Of a stretch of DNA of 64,000 bases, positions 9,868-18,586 are shown one piece after another. The translations under genes were made by a program, and so were the position numbers. The notes under the pieces were generated by a model that did no database searches, was not told the DNA's origin, and saw only the letters and a program-made list of their open reading frames with translations. Numbering within the stretch: the first letter of the stretch is position 1; every line of letters begins with the position of its first letter. Origin of the DNA: an uncultured Bacteroidales bacterium (GTDB lineage: Bacteria; Bacteroidota; Bacteroidia; Bacteroidales; FEN-979); the NCBI GenBank assembly GCA_903913885.1, contig CAIWMX010000125.1:71461-135460 (forward strand). Direction: 5' to 3'.

Positions 9868-10029
9868 ACCCTGACGGGGTGGGGGACCCTGTCAGGGTGG
9901 GGGACCCTGTCAGGGTGGGGGACCCTGACGGGGTGGTGCACCCTGACGGGGTGGTGCACCCTGACGGGGTGGTGCACCCTGACGGGGTGGGGGACCCTGA
10001 CGGGGTGGGGGACCCTGACGGGGTGGGTC
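9868..10029. repeat. 18-bp tandem repeat, 9 copies (accctgacggggtggggg and variants)
   Basis: Counted by hand: 9 contiguous 18-bp units with three variants (..gacggggtggggg, ..gtcagggtggggg, ..gacggggtggtgc). Each unit contains a dyad (CACCC-TGACG-GGGTG). The last base of the array is the first base of the TAG stop codon complement of the minus-strand ORF 10029..11324. Confidence 0.95.
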
Positions 10030-11324
10030 TAAAATGAAAACCCGGCCTTCAGGGCGAAGAGGTGGTTAACAAACCTCAACGCGGCATATTCATTCAGCGA
10101 CTGGGTCGACTCATATGACAGGTCAAAAAACAGGCTGTGCTTTTTTGGCAGCATGAATTTCATCCCCGCCGATCCGAGGGCCCCAAGGTGGTAAGTGGGT
10201 ATTGACTTCCCGAATTCAAGGACGAACCTTTCAAGTTTGAAACTGCTGTTCTGGCTTATGATAAACATGTTCATTACCCCGACGCCCAGATAAGGCCGCA
10301 CCTTTCCCAGCAAAAAGGTGTAATGGAACATCAGCGGTAATTTAATGACATAGGCTTTCAAATTGATATCAACGGCATCCTTAAAGATATCCGTGTTTTT
10401 CCATGTCATCAGGTACTCGGTACCGTTATAGGTTATCTTGTCATAGGCCCCAAGTTCGGTGAGACGGTACCCGGAAAACCGCTGAACCGCGATATCTGCC
10501 ACGATGTTCAAATGTTCGAACGGTGCGAAAAGGTTTTCAAGTTCAAACCGGCATCCAAGAACCTGCCCCGGGACCCGGTTTGAAACAAGCTGGCTTCCAT
10601 ACTGGTAAAGGAAATCGTAGCCGGGGGGATTTGCCAGTTTTGTACCGAATTTCACTTCATTCAGGGTAATGCCCGCATAAAACCCTACCCTCAGCCGAAC
10701 CGGGTTCAGTTTTCGTTCATATACGATGCATAGCTCGGTTGTGCATACCCTGGCATGATAATCCCTGGCCAGGCTGATCAGCGAGGATTGGCTTAGGCTG
10801 GCCTGATCAATCTCGGGGAAGAGATCGGGGCAGTCGGACAACACAGACTTCAGCTTCCCATGGTATTGTTTTGACTTAACATACGCGTTGCCGAATTCGT
10901 TTGTTATTATCTTGTCGTTTTCAGATAGTTCAACCAGGCTATCAGCTCCCTTTTCAATGAAGTAGTGGTCGGTTTCATCCCGCAGGTAATAGACATTCGC
11001 CTTCCCTTTCACCAGGAATTCAACAAATACCGGTTTTTTCACGCTGTCAAGCCGTACCTCCTTCGTGATGAAATACCTGCCGTCATCAAACCTGAAAGCG
11101 AGGATGTCGGTGGGTCTATATTCAACAGGCTGGTCGTTCAGACCCGGTTTGAAGACGCAAAATCCGGAGGTTTTAAGGGCTTTATACAGGATGAGCCCTC
11201 TGACCGTGTCGTTTGGCTTTTTAACCAGGTAGCCGGGCCTGAAATCACGCTGTGCCAGGAGACAGGATGAATATGCGATCATCAATCCTGTTGCCAGTAA
11301 TACAAAAAAGAACCGGTTTTTCAT
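10029..11324 (-). CDS. putative outer-membrane beta-barrel protein, paralog 1
   Basis: 431 aa with signal peptide. C-terminal ...LKAGFSF (aromatic terminal residue typical of OM beta-barrels). Clear paralog of the adjacent ORF, sharing QRDFRPG...DTV.G.LLYKA, LARDYHARVC, GKSIPTYH.G..GSAG.KFM. Confidence 0.7.
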   Translation of the reverse strand: MKNRFFFVLLATGLMIAYSSCLLAQRDFRPGYLVKKPNDTVRGLILYKALKTSGFCVFKPGLNDQPVEYRPTDILAFRFDDGRYFITKEVRLDSVKKPVFVEFLVKGKANVYYLRDETDHYFIEKGADSLVELSENDKIITNEFGNAYVKSKQYHGKLKSVLSDCPDLFPEIDQASLSQSSLISLARDYHARVCTTELCIVYERKLNPVRLRVGFYAGITLNEVKFGTKLANPPGYDFLYQYGSQLVSNRVPGQVLGCRFELENLFAPFEHLNIVADIAVQRFSGYRLTELGAYDKITYNGTEYLMTWKNTDIFKDAVDINLKAYVIKLPLMFHYTFLLGKVRPYLGVGVMNMFIISQNSSFKLERFVLEFGKSIPTYHLGALGSAGMKFMLPKKHSLFFDLSYESTQSLNEYAALRFVNHLFALKAGFSF

Positions 11325-11343
11325 CAGACGCTGTTATGAACTC

Positions 11344-12636
11344 CTAAAATGCAAAACCCGCTTTCAACCCGAACTGGTTGTTGATAAAACGCCAGTCGGC
11401 CCACACATTGGTTGTTATGGTATATTCGTACCCCATATCAATGAAAAAATAGTGATTGTCCCTTATCATGAATTTCGCTCCGGCCGATCCCGTAAACCCT
11501 ACATGATAGGTCGGTATCGATTTCCCGAATTTATCGGCAAACCGGTGTACAATCAAATCCTTGTTCTGGCTGAGGATAAACATGTTCATGACCCCGGCGG
11601 TCACGTAAGGCCTTACCCCTCCCTTCAGAAATGTACAGCCAAACTGAAGCGGGATTTTAAGCGCCAGGGTTTTCACATTTACATCCAGGCTTGTCTGGTG
11701 CGAGTAATCGCTGACCCTGGATAATGAGTAAACGTGTCCGTTATAGGTCACCATGTCGTACTCCCCTGTTTCGGTGAGATGATAGGATGAAAACTGCTGC
11801 AGGGCCACATCAACCAGCAGGCTTGCATGCTCAAAGGAAGAAAAGATGTTTTCAACTTCAACCCGGCATCCAGCCGTTGCACCCGGGGAAAACCCGGAAA
11901 CCAGCTGGTTGCCATATTTGGCAACGCCGCCCGAATATTGCACGGTAGTCAGCCGACCCCCGAACTGGATTCTGTTCATCGTAAATCCGCCGTATAATCC
12001 AACGCGGACATGCACCGGGACATTCCTGCGCTGAAAGACGATGCACTCTTCTGTTGAACAGACCCTTGCATGGTAATCCCTGGCCAGCCTGATCAGCGAG
12101 GAATGGTTGAGGTTTGACCGGTCAATTTCGGGAAAGATTTCAGGGCAATCAGACAGGACCGATTTTAGTTTCCCGGGGTACATATCGGGTTTTACATAAT
12201 TCTGCCCCCAATCAGTGGTTATGATCTTTTCTTTTTCGGTCAGTTCGATGATCCTGCCATCTTTTTCGATGAAATAGTGGTCGGTTCCATCGCGCATATA
12301 ATAGATGCTGGCCTTTCCTTTGAGCAAAAATTCCAGGAAAAGCAGTTTTTTGCCGGTTTCAACCGTCACTTCCCTGCTGACATAGTATTTCCCGTCGCTG
12401 AACCTGAACGCCAGGATGTCGGAAGGCGAATAAATTACCGGCTTTTCCGCAAGTTCCTTCTTGAAAACACAGGTTTCTGAGGTGCTGGAGGCCTTATATA
12501 AAAGATAGCCATGGATGGTGTCGTGCCGGTTGTTGATCACGAAGCCCGGACGGAAGTCACGCTGGGCATGCCCGTTCAGAAAACAAAAAAACAGCAGAAC
12601 AGATATAAGCGACAACTTAACAGTGGTTTTTTTCAT
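11344..12636 (-). CDS. putative outer-membrane beta-barrel protein, paralog 2
   Basis: 430 aa with signal peptide MKKTTVKLSLISVLLFFCFLNGHAQ. C-terminal ...LKAGFAF. Collinear similarity to 10029..11324 along the full length. Confidence 0.7.
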   Translation of the reverse strand: MKKTTVKLSLISVLLFFCFLNGHAQRDFRPGFVINNRHDTIHGYLLYKASSTSETCVFKKELAEKPVIYSPSDILAFRFSDGKYYVSREVTVETGKKLLFLEFLLKGKASIYYMRDGTDHYFIEKDGRIIELTEKEKIITTDWGQNYVKPDMYPGKLKSVLSDCPEIFPEIDRSNLNHSSLIRLARDYHARVCSTEECIVFQRRNVPVHVRVGLYGGFTMNRIQFGGRLTTVQYSGGVAKYGNQLVSGFSPGATAGCRVEVENIFSSFEHASLLVDVALQQFSSYHLTETGEYDMVTYNGHVYSLSRVSDYSHQTSLDVNVKTLALKIPLQFGCTFLKGGVRPYVTAGVMNMFILSQNKDLIVHRFADKFGKSIPTYHVGFTGSAGAKFMIRDNHYFFIDMGYEYTITTNVWADWRFINNQFGLKAGFAF

Positions 12637-12665
12637 CTTGCTCCTTTCCTGGTTTTTTTAGATGT

Positions 12666-12917
12666 TTATCCTCGCTCCTTTCGTTCCTCCTGCGCTTTCA
12701 TTGGCAATGCACTTTGAAGATACAGTTTCTCCACCTTTTCGCGCGCCCAAGGCGTTTTTCGTAAAAAAGTAAGGCTTGATTTTATACTTGGATTTTCGTA
12801 GAAACAATTGATCCTGATAATTTTATAGAGGTCTTCCCACCTGTAATGTGTCAGAAGATGGTTCAGCATCATCTCCAGGGTAACGCCGTGGAGCGGGTTG
12901 TTGGGTTGCTGGCTCAT
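12666..12917 (-). CDS. VF530/DUF2132-family small protein
   Basis: [60 protein letters not shown] matches the DUF2132 (VF530) pattern as I remember it. The internal ATG at 12917 is preferred because it forms an ATGA overlap with the upstream gene's TGA stop. Confidence 0.75.
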   Translation of the reverse strand: MSQQPNNPLHGVTLEMMLNHLLTHYRWEDLYKIIRINCFYENPSIKSSLTFLRKTPWAREKVEKLYLQSALPMKAQEERKERG

Positions 12918-13909
12918 ATCATCAGGCTGCATCCCCTTGCATCCGATGCGTCAAACCTGCCGAGCACTTCAAACTGCCCATCCAGGTGAAGCCGGCCAAG
13001 GTCTTCGGTGGCAATGAAACTACAGGAGTCCTGGTTGGCAAGATCGATGATATTGATGCCTCCGGTTTCGCCGGGCCCCAGGTAACTCAACGGGTCATTG
13101 GTATCCCTGATCATGATCTTCATCCAGGGCGGGGTGCTGAAACGGCCGTCGCCCTGCGACCATGCCTGCGACAGCAGTTCGGTCATTCCATACTCAGAGT
13201 GAATCAGTTCCACACCAAATGCAGGGCAAAGGGTTGAATGCAGTTCTTCGCGGGTGATCTCCCGGCGTTTGCCCTTCATACCGCCTGTTTCGATGACAAT
13301 CACGGGATTGTAGTCGCCCGGGTAACTGGCTGCAAAATCCAGCAATGCATACGTCAACCCAATCAATATCACTGTTTTATCCCTTGCCCGCTGCTGACGA
13401 AGCCTGGCATGCAATCCCGAATGATTGGCAAGGAAAAAACCGTTTTCGGGGCTGCTGCTCAAATCCATCAGTTGCTGGATCATGTAAACAAGCGACGAAT
13501 CGGGTGCCTGCTCAGGGGTGGGCGTGAGCGCCAGGAACTGAACATTCTCCGGATTGCCGTAATGCCGTTGAAACCCTTTAATAAAGGAGTGCCTGTAAAG
13601 GGAAAGGTCCTTAACCAGGTGCCGGCTGCGCACCATGCCAGTCGTACCGCTGCTCCTGAAGATAGCCTGGGGTGGTACTTTCCCGCAAACAACATCGCGG
13701 GTTTTAAAGAATTCGATAGGCAGAAAGGGAATTTCCTCTACCCTGCCAACACTTTTAACATTGATCCGGCGCGCATCCACGAATTCACGATACACGTCAT
13801 TCTGACTGTACTGATTTTGAAACACCTCCAGGGCAAAATGGTTAAACTCCCGATCCGATCCGATTTTAAACATTTTTTCTCTCGACTCCATCACAAATAT
13901 ATTTCTCAA
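12914..13909 (-). CDS. LuxE/PaaK-like acyl-protein synthetase / adenylate-forming acyltransferase family protein
   Basis: 331 aa. N-terminal ...[20 protein letters not shown]...[14 protein letters not shown] and SSGTTG-like motif ([13 protein letters not shown]) are typical of the LuxE-like family common in Bacteroidota. Start codon uncertain (M1, M7 or M13). Confidence 0.7.
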   Translation of the reverse strand: MRNIFVMESREKMFKIGSDREFNHFALEVFQNQYSQNDVYREFVDARRINVKSVGRVEEIPFLPIEFFKTRDVVCGKVPPQAIFRSSGTTGMVRSRHLVKDLSLYRHSFIKGFQRHYGNPENVQFLALTPTPEQAPDSSLVYMIQQLMDLSSSPENGFFLANHSGLHARLRQQRARDKTVILIGLTYALLDFAASYPGDYNPVIVIETGGMKGKRREITREELHSTLCPAFGVELIHSEYGMTELLSQAWSQGDGRFSTPPWMKIMIRDTNDPLSYLGPGETGGINIIDLANQDSCSFIATEDLGRLHLDGQFEVLGRFDASDARGCSLMI

Positions 13910-14092
13910 AAATTATCATGCAAACAATATAGTACAGCTAAAGCGTTTCATTCCATAGTACCCGACCGGCCCGCCGTTTTGCTGAATTTATCTTTCGAAT
14001 CGCGGCGGCAATCGTTGCTGTTCCAGCTTTATTTCGCCAATTTATTGTACTTTTACAGCCTGCAAAGGTATTGAATTAACACCGATCAACCC

Positions 14093-14620
14093 ATGATGTT
14101 TAAGCTCAATTTTCGGGGTTCTCCTTTTTCCGCGTCAATCGTAGTGGTTACGTGCATGATGCTGATTTCATCCTGCATGAAAAAGGAGGTTTATCCTGAC
14201 ATTCCCGTAATAGCTTACCAGAATTTCGTGTCGGTATTCGACACAGGAAAGATAGCCAAAAAAGGGTACCTGACCATTTCCTTCAAGGATGGAAACGGTG
14301 ATATCGGGCTCCGCCCGGAAGAGACCCAGCCTCCCTACGACACCGGCAGCATCTATTATTACAATTTCATCATCGATTACTATGAACGACAAAACGGTAT
14401 TTATGTAAAACTCAACACCACCGTTCCTTTCAGTGCCCGGATTCCTTACCTCACACCCGACGACCCGAACAAGGCCATCAAGGGGTTCATCGTCGACACC
14501 ATCACCCTGAACCCGCATCCCGCCCATGATACCATCAAATTCAAATTCTTCATTTACGACCGGGCACTGCACAAAAGCAATACCGATTCCACACCTCCCA
14601 TTATACTGAGGAGACATTAA
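14093..14620 (+). CDS. lipoprotein of unknown function immediately upstream of mrdA
   Basis: 175 aa. Signal peptide with lipobox-like ...MLISSC. Ends 6 nt before the mrdA start. No family recognised. Confidence 0.6.
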   Translation: MMFKLNFRGSPFSASIVVVTCMMLISSCMKKEVYPDIPVIAYQNFVSVFDTGKIAKKGYLTISFKDGNGDIGLRPEETQPPYDTGSIYYYNFIIDYYERQNGIYVKLNTTVPFSARIPYLTPDDPNKAIKGFIVDTITLNPHPAHDTIKFKFFIYDRALHKSNTDSTPPIILRRH

Positions 14621-14626
14621 CCGCCC

Positions 14627-16492
14627 ATGGAAAGGATCTATGCTGACCGGAAATACATCATCATCGGGTTTTTCCTGTTGATCGGCCTGTTTTTCCTGGC
14701 CCGGCTTTTCTATGTGCAGATCATGGTGGACAAATACATACTTTCGGCAAACAACAACGTGTTGCGGTATGTCACCCAGTACCCGGCCCGGGGGCTGGTA
14801 TTTGACCGCAACGAAAAACTGCTTGTCTACAACGAAGCGGCTTATGACCTCATGGTCATTCCCCGCCAGGTAAAAAATCCCGATACCATGGCGCTGTGCC
14901 ACCTGATCGGCATCGACAAGGCAGAATACATAAACCGGCTTCAGAAGGCCAGGAGCTATTCTCCCTACCGCCCGTCCATCTTTGAAGCGCAGATAACGCG
15001 CGACAGTTACGGGTTCCTCGAAGAGAAACTTTTCCTCTTCCCCGGGTTTTATGTCCAGTCGCGTACCCTGAGAAAATACACTTACCCTGTTGCACCCCAC
15101 ACTTTTGGCTATATCGGGGAGGCAGGCCCCGATATCATTGAAAACAACGACTATTACCGGCCGGGCGATTACATCGGGATCAGCGGCATTGAAAAGTCGT
15201 ATGAAGAGATCCTTCGGGGAAAAAAGGGGATGAAGATCCGGGTTTATGATGTTCTTAACCGCGACAAAGGCAGTTTCAGGGAGGGGAAATATGATACGGC
15301 CTCTATGGCCGGCACAAACCTTTACTCATCATTGGATGTTGAGTTGCAGCAATATGGCGAACTGCTTATGACCAATAAGAAGGGGAGCATTGTGGCCATT
15401 GAACCCCAGACAGGCGAACTGCTTTGCGTGGTTTCAAGTCCTTCATACGACCCTAACCTGCTGGCAGGCAATATTCGCAGGAAAAATTACACCCTGCTCC
15501 TCCAGGACACCATCTTCATGCCCCTGTTCAACCGGGCCCTCATGGCGATGTACCCGCCCGGATCGACCTTCAAACTGGTGGATGCGCTGGTGGGCCAGCA
15601 GGAGGGGGTGCTTACCCCCGAAACCCGCTACGGTTGCCCGGGAGGCTTCCCCCTGGGGAACGGGAAAAAGGTTGGTTGCCATCCCCATCCCTCCCCCCTC
15701 GACCTGATCGGGGCGATCCAGATTTCGTGCAACTCCTATTTCTGCAGGGTTTTCAAATCGATCATCGACAAAAAAACTTTTTCCACCACCCGCCAGGCTT
15801 ATGAAAACTGGCGAAAAGAGGTGATGAGCTTCGGGTTCGGCAAACGGCTGGGGATTGACATCCCGGGCGAACTCAACGGCAATATTCCGACGCCAACCTA
15901 TTACGACAAATACCATGGGGTAAACCGCTGGAGGTCGATGACCATCATTTCGCTGGGCATCGGGCAGGGAGAGATCGGCATTACGCCGATACAACTTGCC
16001 AACCTGGCGGCGCTTATTTCAAACAAGGGCTGGTATTACTCCCCGCACATCATCCGGGCGATCGGCCGGAAAGACAGCCTGAATACCGCATACAGCACAA
16101 AACACCATACGCTGGTAGACACCAGGTATTTTGACATCGTGGTTGAAGGAATGGCCGATGTAGTGACCGGCGGCACCGGGAGAATTGCCCAGATAGACAG
16201 CGTGGTTGTTTGCGGGAAAACAGGAACGGCACAAAACCCGCATGGCAAGAACCACTCGATTTTCATCGCCTTTGCCCCGAAGGAAAATCCTAAAATTGCC
16301 ATCTCGGTGGTATGCGAGAACGCAGGCATGGGAGCTGCCTGGGCCGCCCCCATCGCCAGCCTGATGATCGAAAAGTATTTAAAGCGCCAGGTCAAACGCA
16401 AAGACCTGGAAGATAGAATGATTAACGGAAACCTGATTAACGGAAAACTACCCGAAAATGAGAGAGGACAAGGGAATTTTTTACCGGATTGA
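14627..16492 (+). CDS. mrdA: penicillin-binding protein 2 (peptidoglycan D,D-transpeptidase)
   Basis: 621 aa with an N-terminal TM anchor. Class B PBP motifs STFK (PPGSTFKLV), SxN (QISCNSYF) and KTGT (CGKTGTAQ). Followed by rodA. Confidence 0.93.
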   Translation: MERIYADRKYIIIGFFLLIGLFFLARLFYVQIMVDKYILSANNNVLRYVTQYPARGLVFDRNEKLLVYNEAAYDLMVIPRQVKNPDTMALCHLIGIDKAEYINRLQKARSYSPYRPSIFEAQITRDSYGFLEEKLFLFPGFYVQSRTLRKYTYPVAPHTFGYIGEAGPDIIENNDYYRPGDYIGISGIEKSYEEILRGKKGMKIRVYDVLNRDKGSFREGKYDTASMAGTNLYSSLDVELQQYGELLMTNKKGSIVAIEPQTGELLCVVSSPSYDPNLLAGNIRRKNYTLLLQDTIFMPLFNRALMAMYPPGSTFKLVDALVGQQEGVLTPETRYGCPGGFPLGNGKKVGCHPHPSPLDLIGAIQISCNSYFCRVFKSIIDKKTFSTTRQAYENWRKEVMSFGFGKRLGIDIPGELNGNIPTPTYYDKYHGVNRWRSMTIISLGIGQGEIGITPIQLANLAALISNKGWYYSPHIIRAIGRKDSLNTAYSTKHHTLVDTRYFDIVVEGMADVVTGGTGRIAQIDSVVVCGKTGTAQNPHGKNHSIFIAFAPKENPKIAISVVCENAGMGAAWAAPIASLMIEKYLKRQVKRKDLEDRMINGNLINGKLPENERGQGNFLPD

Positions 16493-17717
16493 TTGGGTCG
16501 TCGTCGGGCTCTACCTGGCACTGGTCTTCATTGGCTGGCTGAACATCTATGCCGCCGTGTATAACGACACCCACAACCACATTGCCGATTTGTCGCAGAA
16601 ATACGGCAAACAGATGATCTTCATCCTTGCAGCGATTTTGCTGGCGCTGGGGATTCTGATCATCGACCCCAAGTTTTTTTCCCAGTTTGCATGGTTTATC
16701 TACGGGTTTTTCCTGTTCATGCTGGTGGTAGTGATCTTTTCAGGACGCATTGTTGCCGGGTCGAAGGGCTGGTTTGCCATCGGGGGATTTGGCATTCAGC
16801 CTGCCGAGTTTGCCAAAATGGCCACCGTGCTGGCCCTTGCCAAATACCTGGGCACCCTGGATGTAAGCCTTGCCCGGCTGCGGAGCATTGTCGTTGCAGG
16901 CACCATCATCATGGTGCCGGCCATCATCGTTTTACTGCAACACGACACCGGTTCGGCCATTGTGTTCTTTGCTCTGGTCATTGTTCTTTACCGTGCAGGG
17001 CTCACCGGGTTCGTCCCCCTGGCCTTCATCGTGCTGCCGATACTGGGGGTTTTGGCCCTGGTGGTCCCAAAACTCATCCTGGTCGCTGTGCTGCTGATCG
17101 GGGCTGGCGCTTTTTACCTGTACAGCAACAGGAAACTGCGTACCATCTTTCTGATCATTGCCATTTTCCTGGGATCTGTGGGTTTTGTTTTCTCGGTCGA
17201 CTTCAGCGTTAACCGCATACTGGAGCCCCATCAGCGCAACCGCATCCATGTGCTACTCGGGCAGGTAATCGATCTGAAGGGAGCCGGGTATAATGTAAAT
17301 CAATCCCTTATTGCCATCGGGTCGGGCAGGATTTTTGGCAAGGGTTTTCTGCAGGGCACCCAGACAAAATACAATTTCGTACCCGAGCAAAGTACCGACT
17401 TCATTTTCTGTACCGTGGGCGAAGAGTGGGGGTTCGTTGGCTCGTCGGTACTCGTTTTAATCTATCTCAGCCTTTTCACCCGCCTCATTTTCCTCGCCGA
17501 ACGACAGCGGTCGCGATTCAGCCGGTTCTATGGTTACGGGGTGGCCTCCATCCTGTTTTTCCACTTTGCCATCAATATCGGGATGACCCTCGGGCTGGTG
17601 CCTGTGATCGGAATCCCCCTGCCCTTTGTGAGTTACGGGGGATCATCGATGTGGGCCTTTACCATTATGCTGTTCATTTTTATCCGGCAGGATTCCTACC
17701 GTTACGAACTTGTCTGA
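16458..17717 (+). CDS. rodA: rod shape-determining SEDS-family peptidoglycan polymerase RodA
   Basis: 419 aa polytopic membrane protein. FtsW/RodA/SpoVE-like C-terminal motifs (QSLIAIGSGRIFGKGFLQGTQTKYNFVPEQSTDFIF, GLVPVIGIPLPFVSYGGSS). Overlaps the mrdA end by 35 nt. Confidence 0.93.
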   Translation: MREDKGIFYRIDWVVVGLYLALVFIGWLNIYAAVYNDTHNHIADLSQKYGKQMIFILAAILLALGILIIDPKFFSQFAWFIYGFFLFMLVVVIFSGRIVAGSKGWFAIGGFGIQPAEFAKMATVLALAKYLGTLDVSLARLRSIVVAGTIIMVPAIIVLLQHDTGSAIVFFALVIVLYRAGLTGFVPLAFIVLPILGVLALVVPKLILVAVLLIGAGAFYLYSNRKLRTIFLIIAIFLGSVGFVFSVDFSVNRILEPHQRNRIHVLLGQVIDLKGAGYNVNQSLIAIGSGRIFGKGFLQGTQTKYNFVPEQSTDFIFCTVGEEWGFVGSSVLVLIYLSLFTRLIFLAERQRSRFSRFYGYGVASILFFHFAINIGMTLGLVPVIGIPLPFVSYGGSSMWAFTIMLFIFIRQDSYRYELV

Positions 17718-17726
17718 CCCCCAACC

Positions 17727-18317
17727 ATGAAGAAAGACACAGCATTTCCGGTCCGCACCATCCATGTGAAGAACATGACATGCAGTTGCTGCATCCACCT
17801 GTTGCGCAGGGAACTGACCCTCGACGGAATTGAGATCCATGATATCCGGTTGGGGACCCTGGTGCTGTCGCATGATCCGAAGAAAATTACCTGGAAGAAG
17901 ATTGAGGCCATCCTGGAATGTTATGGATTTGAAATCCTCCGCGACAAGGAGAAGATGCTTGTGGAGCAGATCAGACACGCGGTGATCGACCTGGTGCATA
18001 ATTCCACCTACAATGCCATGGTGCGCAATTCCGACTACCTTGTTGAACGTTTCGGCATGTCGTATCCCTACATCTCCTCCCTCTTTTCTAAACATGAAGG
18101 CACCACGCTCGAAAAATTCACCATTCTTCATAAAATTGAAAAAGTCAAGGAACTGATCGAATACGGCGAACTCACCCTCAGCGAAATTGCTTATATGATG
18201 GGTTACAGCAGCGTACAATATCTTTCTACCCAGTTCAAGTCGGTGACCGGAATTTCGGTGACCGAATACAAAGTGACCCCTTCAACCAGCAGGCTTGGGC
18301 TCGACAAAATCAGCTGA
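17727..18317 (+). CDS. AraC-family transcriptional regulator with N-terminal HMA-like (MTCxxC) domain
   Basis: 196 aa. N-terminal VKNMTCSCCIHLL resembles the heavy-metal-associated GMTCxxC motif. C-terminal AraC-type HTH (LSEIAYMMGYSSVQYLSTQFKSVTGISVTEYK). Confidence 0.8.
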   Translation: MKKDTAFPVRTIHVKNMTCSCCIHLLRRELTLDGIEIHDIRLGTLVLSHDPKKITWKKIEAILECYGFEILRDKEKMLVEQIRHAVIDLVHNSTYNAMVRNSDYLVERFGMSYPYISSLFSKHEGTTLEKFTILHKIEKVKELIEYGELTLSEIAYMMGYSSVQYLSTQFKSVTGISVTEYKVTPSTSRLGLDKIS

Positions 18318-18324
18318 AAGTCTT

Positions 18325-18369
18325 ATGGCATGCCAATTCCCGAAAAAAACACATACTTTTCCTGATTAA
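18325..18369 (+). CDS. candidate mini-ORF a (14 aa, MACQFPKKTHTFPD)
   Basis: ATG embedded in a repeated tcttatggcatgcc module. Shares the MAC(Q/N)(F/I).K..H start with mini-ORF b. No other support. Confidence 0.15.
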   Translation: MACQFPKKTHTFPD

Positions 18370-18479
18370 AATCTTGTACATTCTTTGTGAAATTTTATAA
18401 CATCCCGGCAGGGGGAAGGTTGTAATATTGCATCGGATTCAGAGCTAAGGCATGCCGCCTCCGTTGCAATAAAATCTTA

Positions 18480-18566
18480 ATGGCATGCAATATCCAGAAG
18501 GACAAAGTTCATATAAATACGAAAATTAATTGCGGACCCGGAAATGTACCGGGGCCATGTTTCTAA
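18480..18566 (+). CDS. candidate 28-aa Cys/Gly/Pro-containing mini-ORF b (possible precursor peptide)
   Basis: ATG 18480, TAA 18564-18566; MACNIQKDKVHINTKINCGPGNVPGPCF. Ends 20 nt before the PqqD-like gene start. Below the ORF-track cutoff and purely positional. Confidence 0.25.
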   Translation: MACNIQKDKVHINTKINCGPGNVPGPCF

Positions 18567-18586
18567 TGATATAAAATTGTTGACCC

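Noticed and set aside
9868-10029. Possibility that the 18-bp repeat array is a CRISPR array
   Set aside because: The units are contiguous with no spacers, the unit is too short, and no cas genes are in the window.
13238-14074. 278-aa plus-strand ORF
   Set aside because: It lies antisense to the well-supported LuxE-like CDS (12914..13909). The composition is Arg/Gly/Pro/Cys-rich and low-complexity, typical of a shadow frame, with no recognisable motifs.
14168-15100. 310-aa minus-strand ORF
   Set aside because: Antisense to the lipoprotein gene and the 5' part of mrdA, which has clear PBP2 motifs. It is a shadow ORF.
16036-16521. 161-aa minus-strand ORF across the mrdA/rodA junction
   Set aside because: Antisense to two strongly supported cell-wall genes. 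The hydrophobic-looking translation is a mirror effect of membrane-protein codons.
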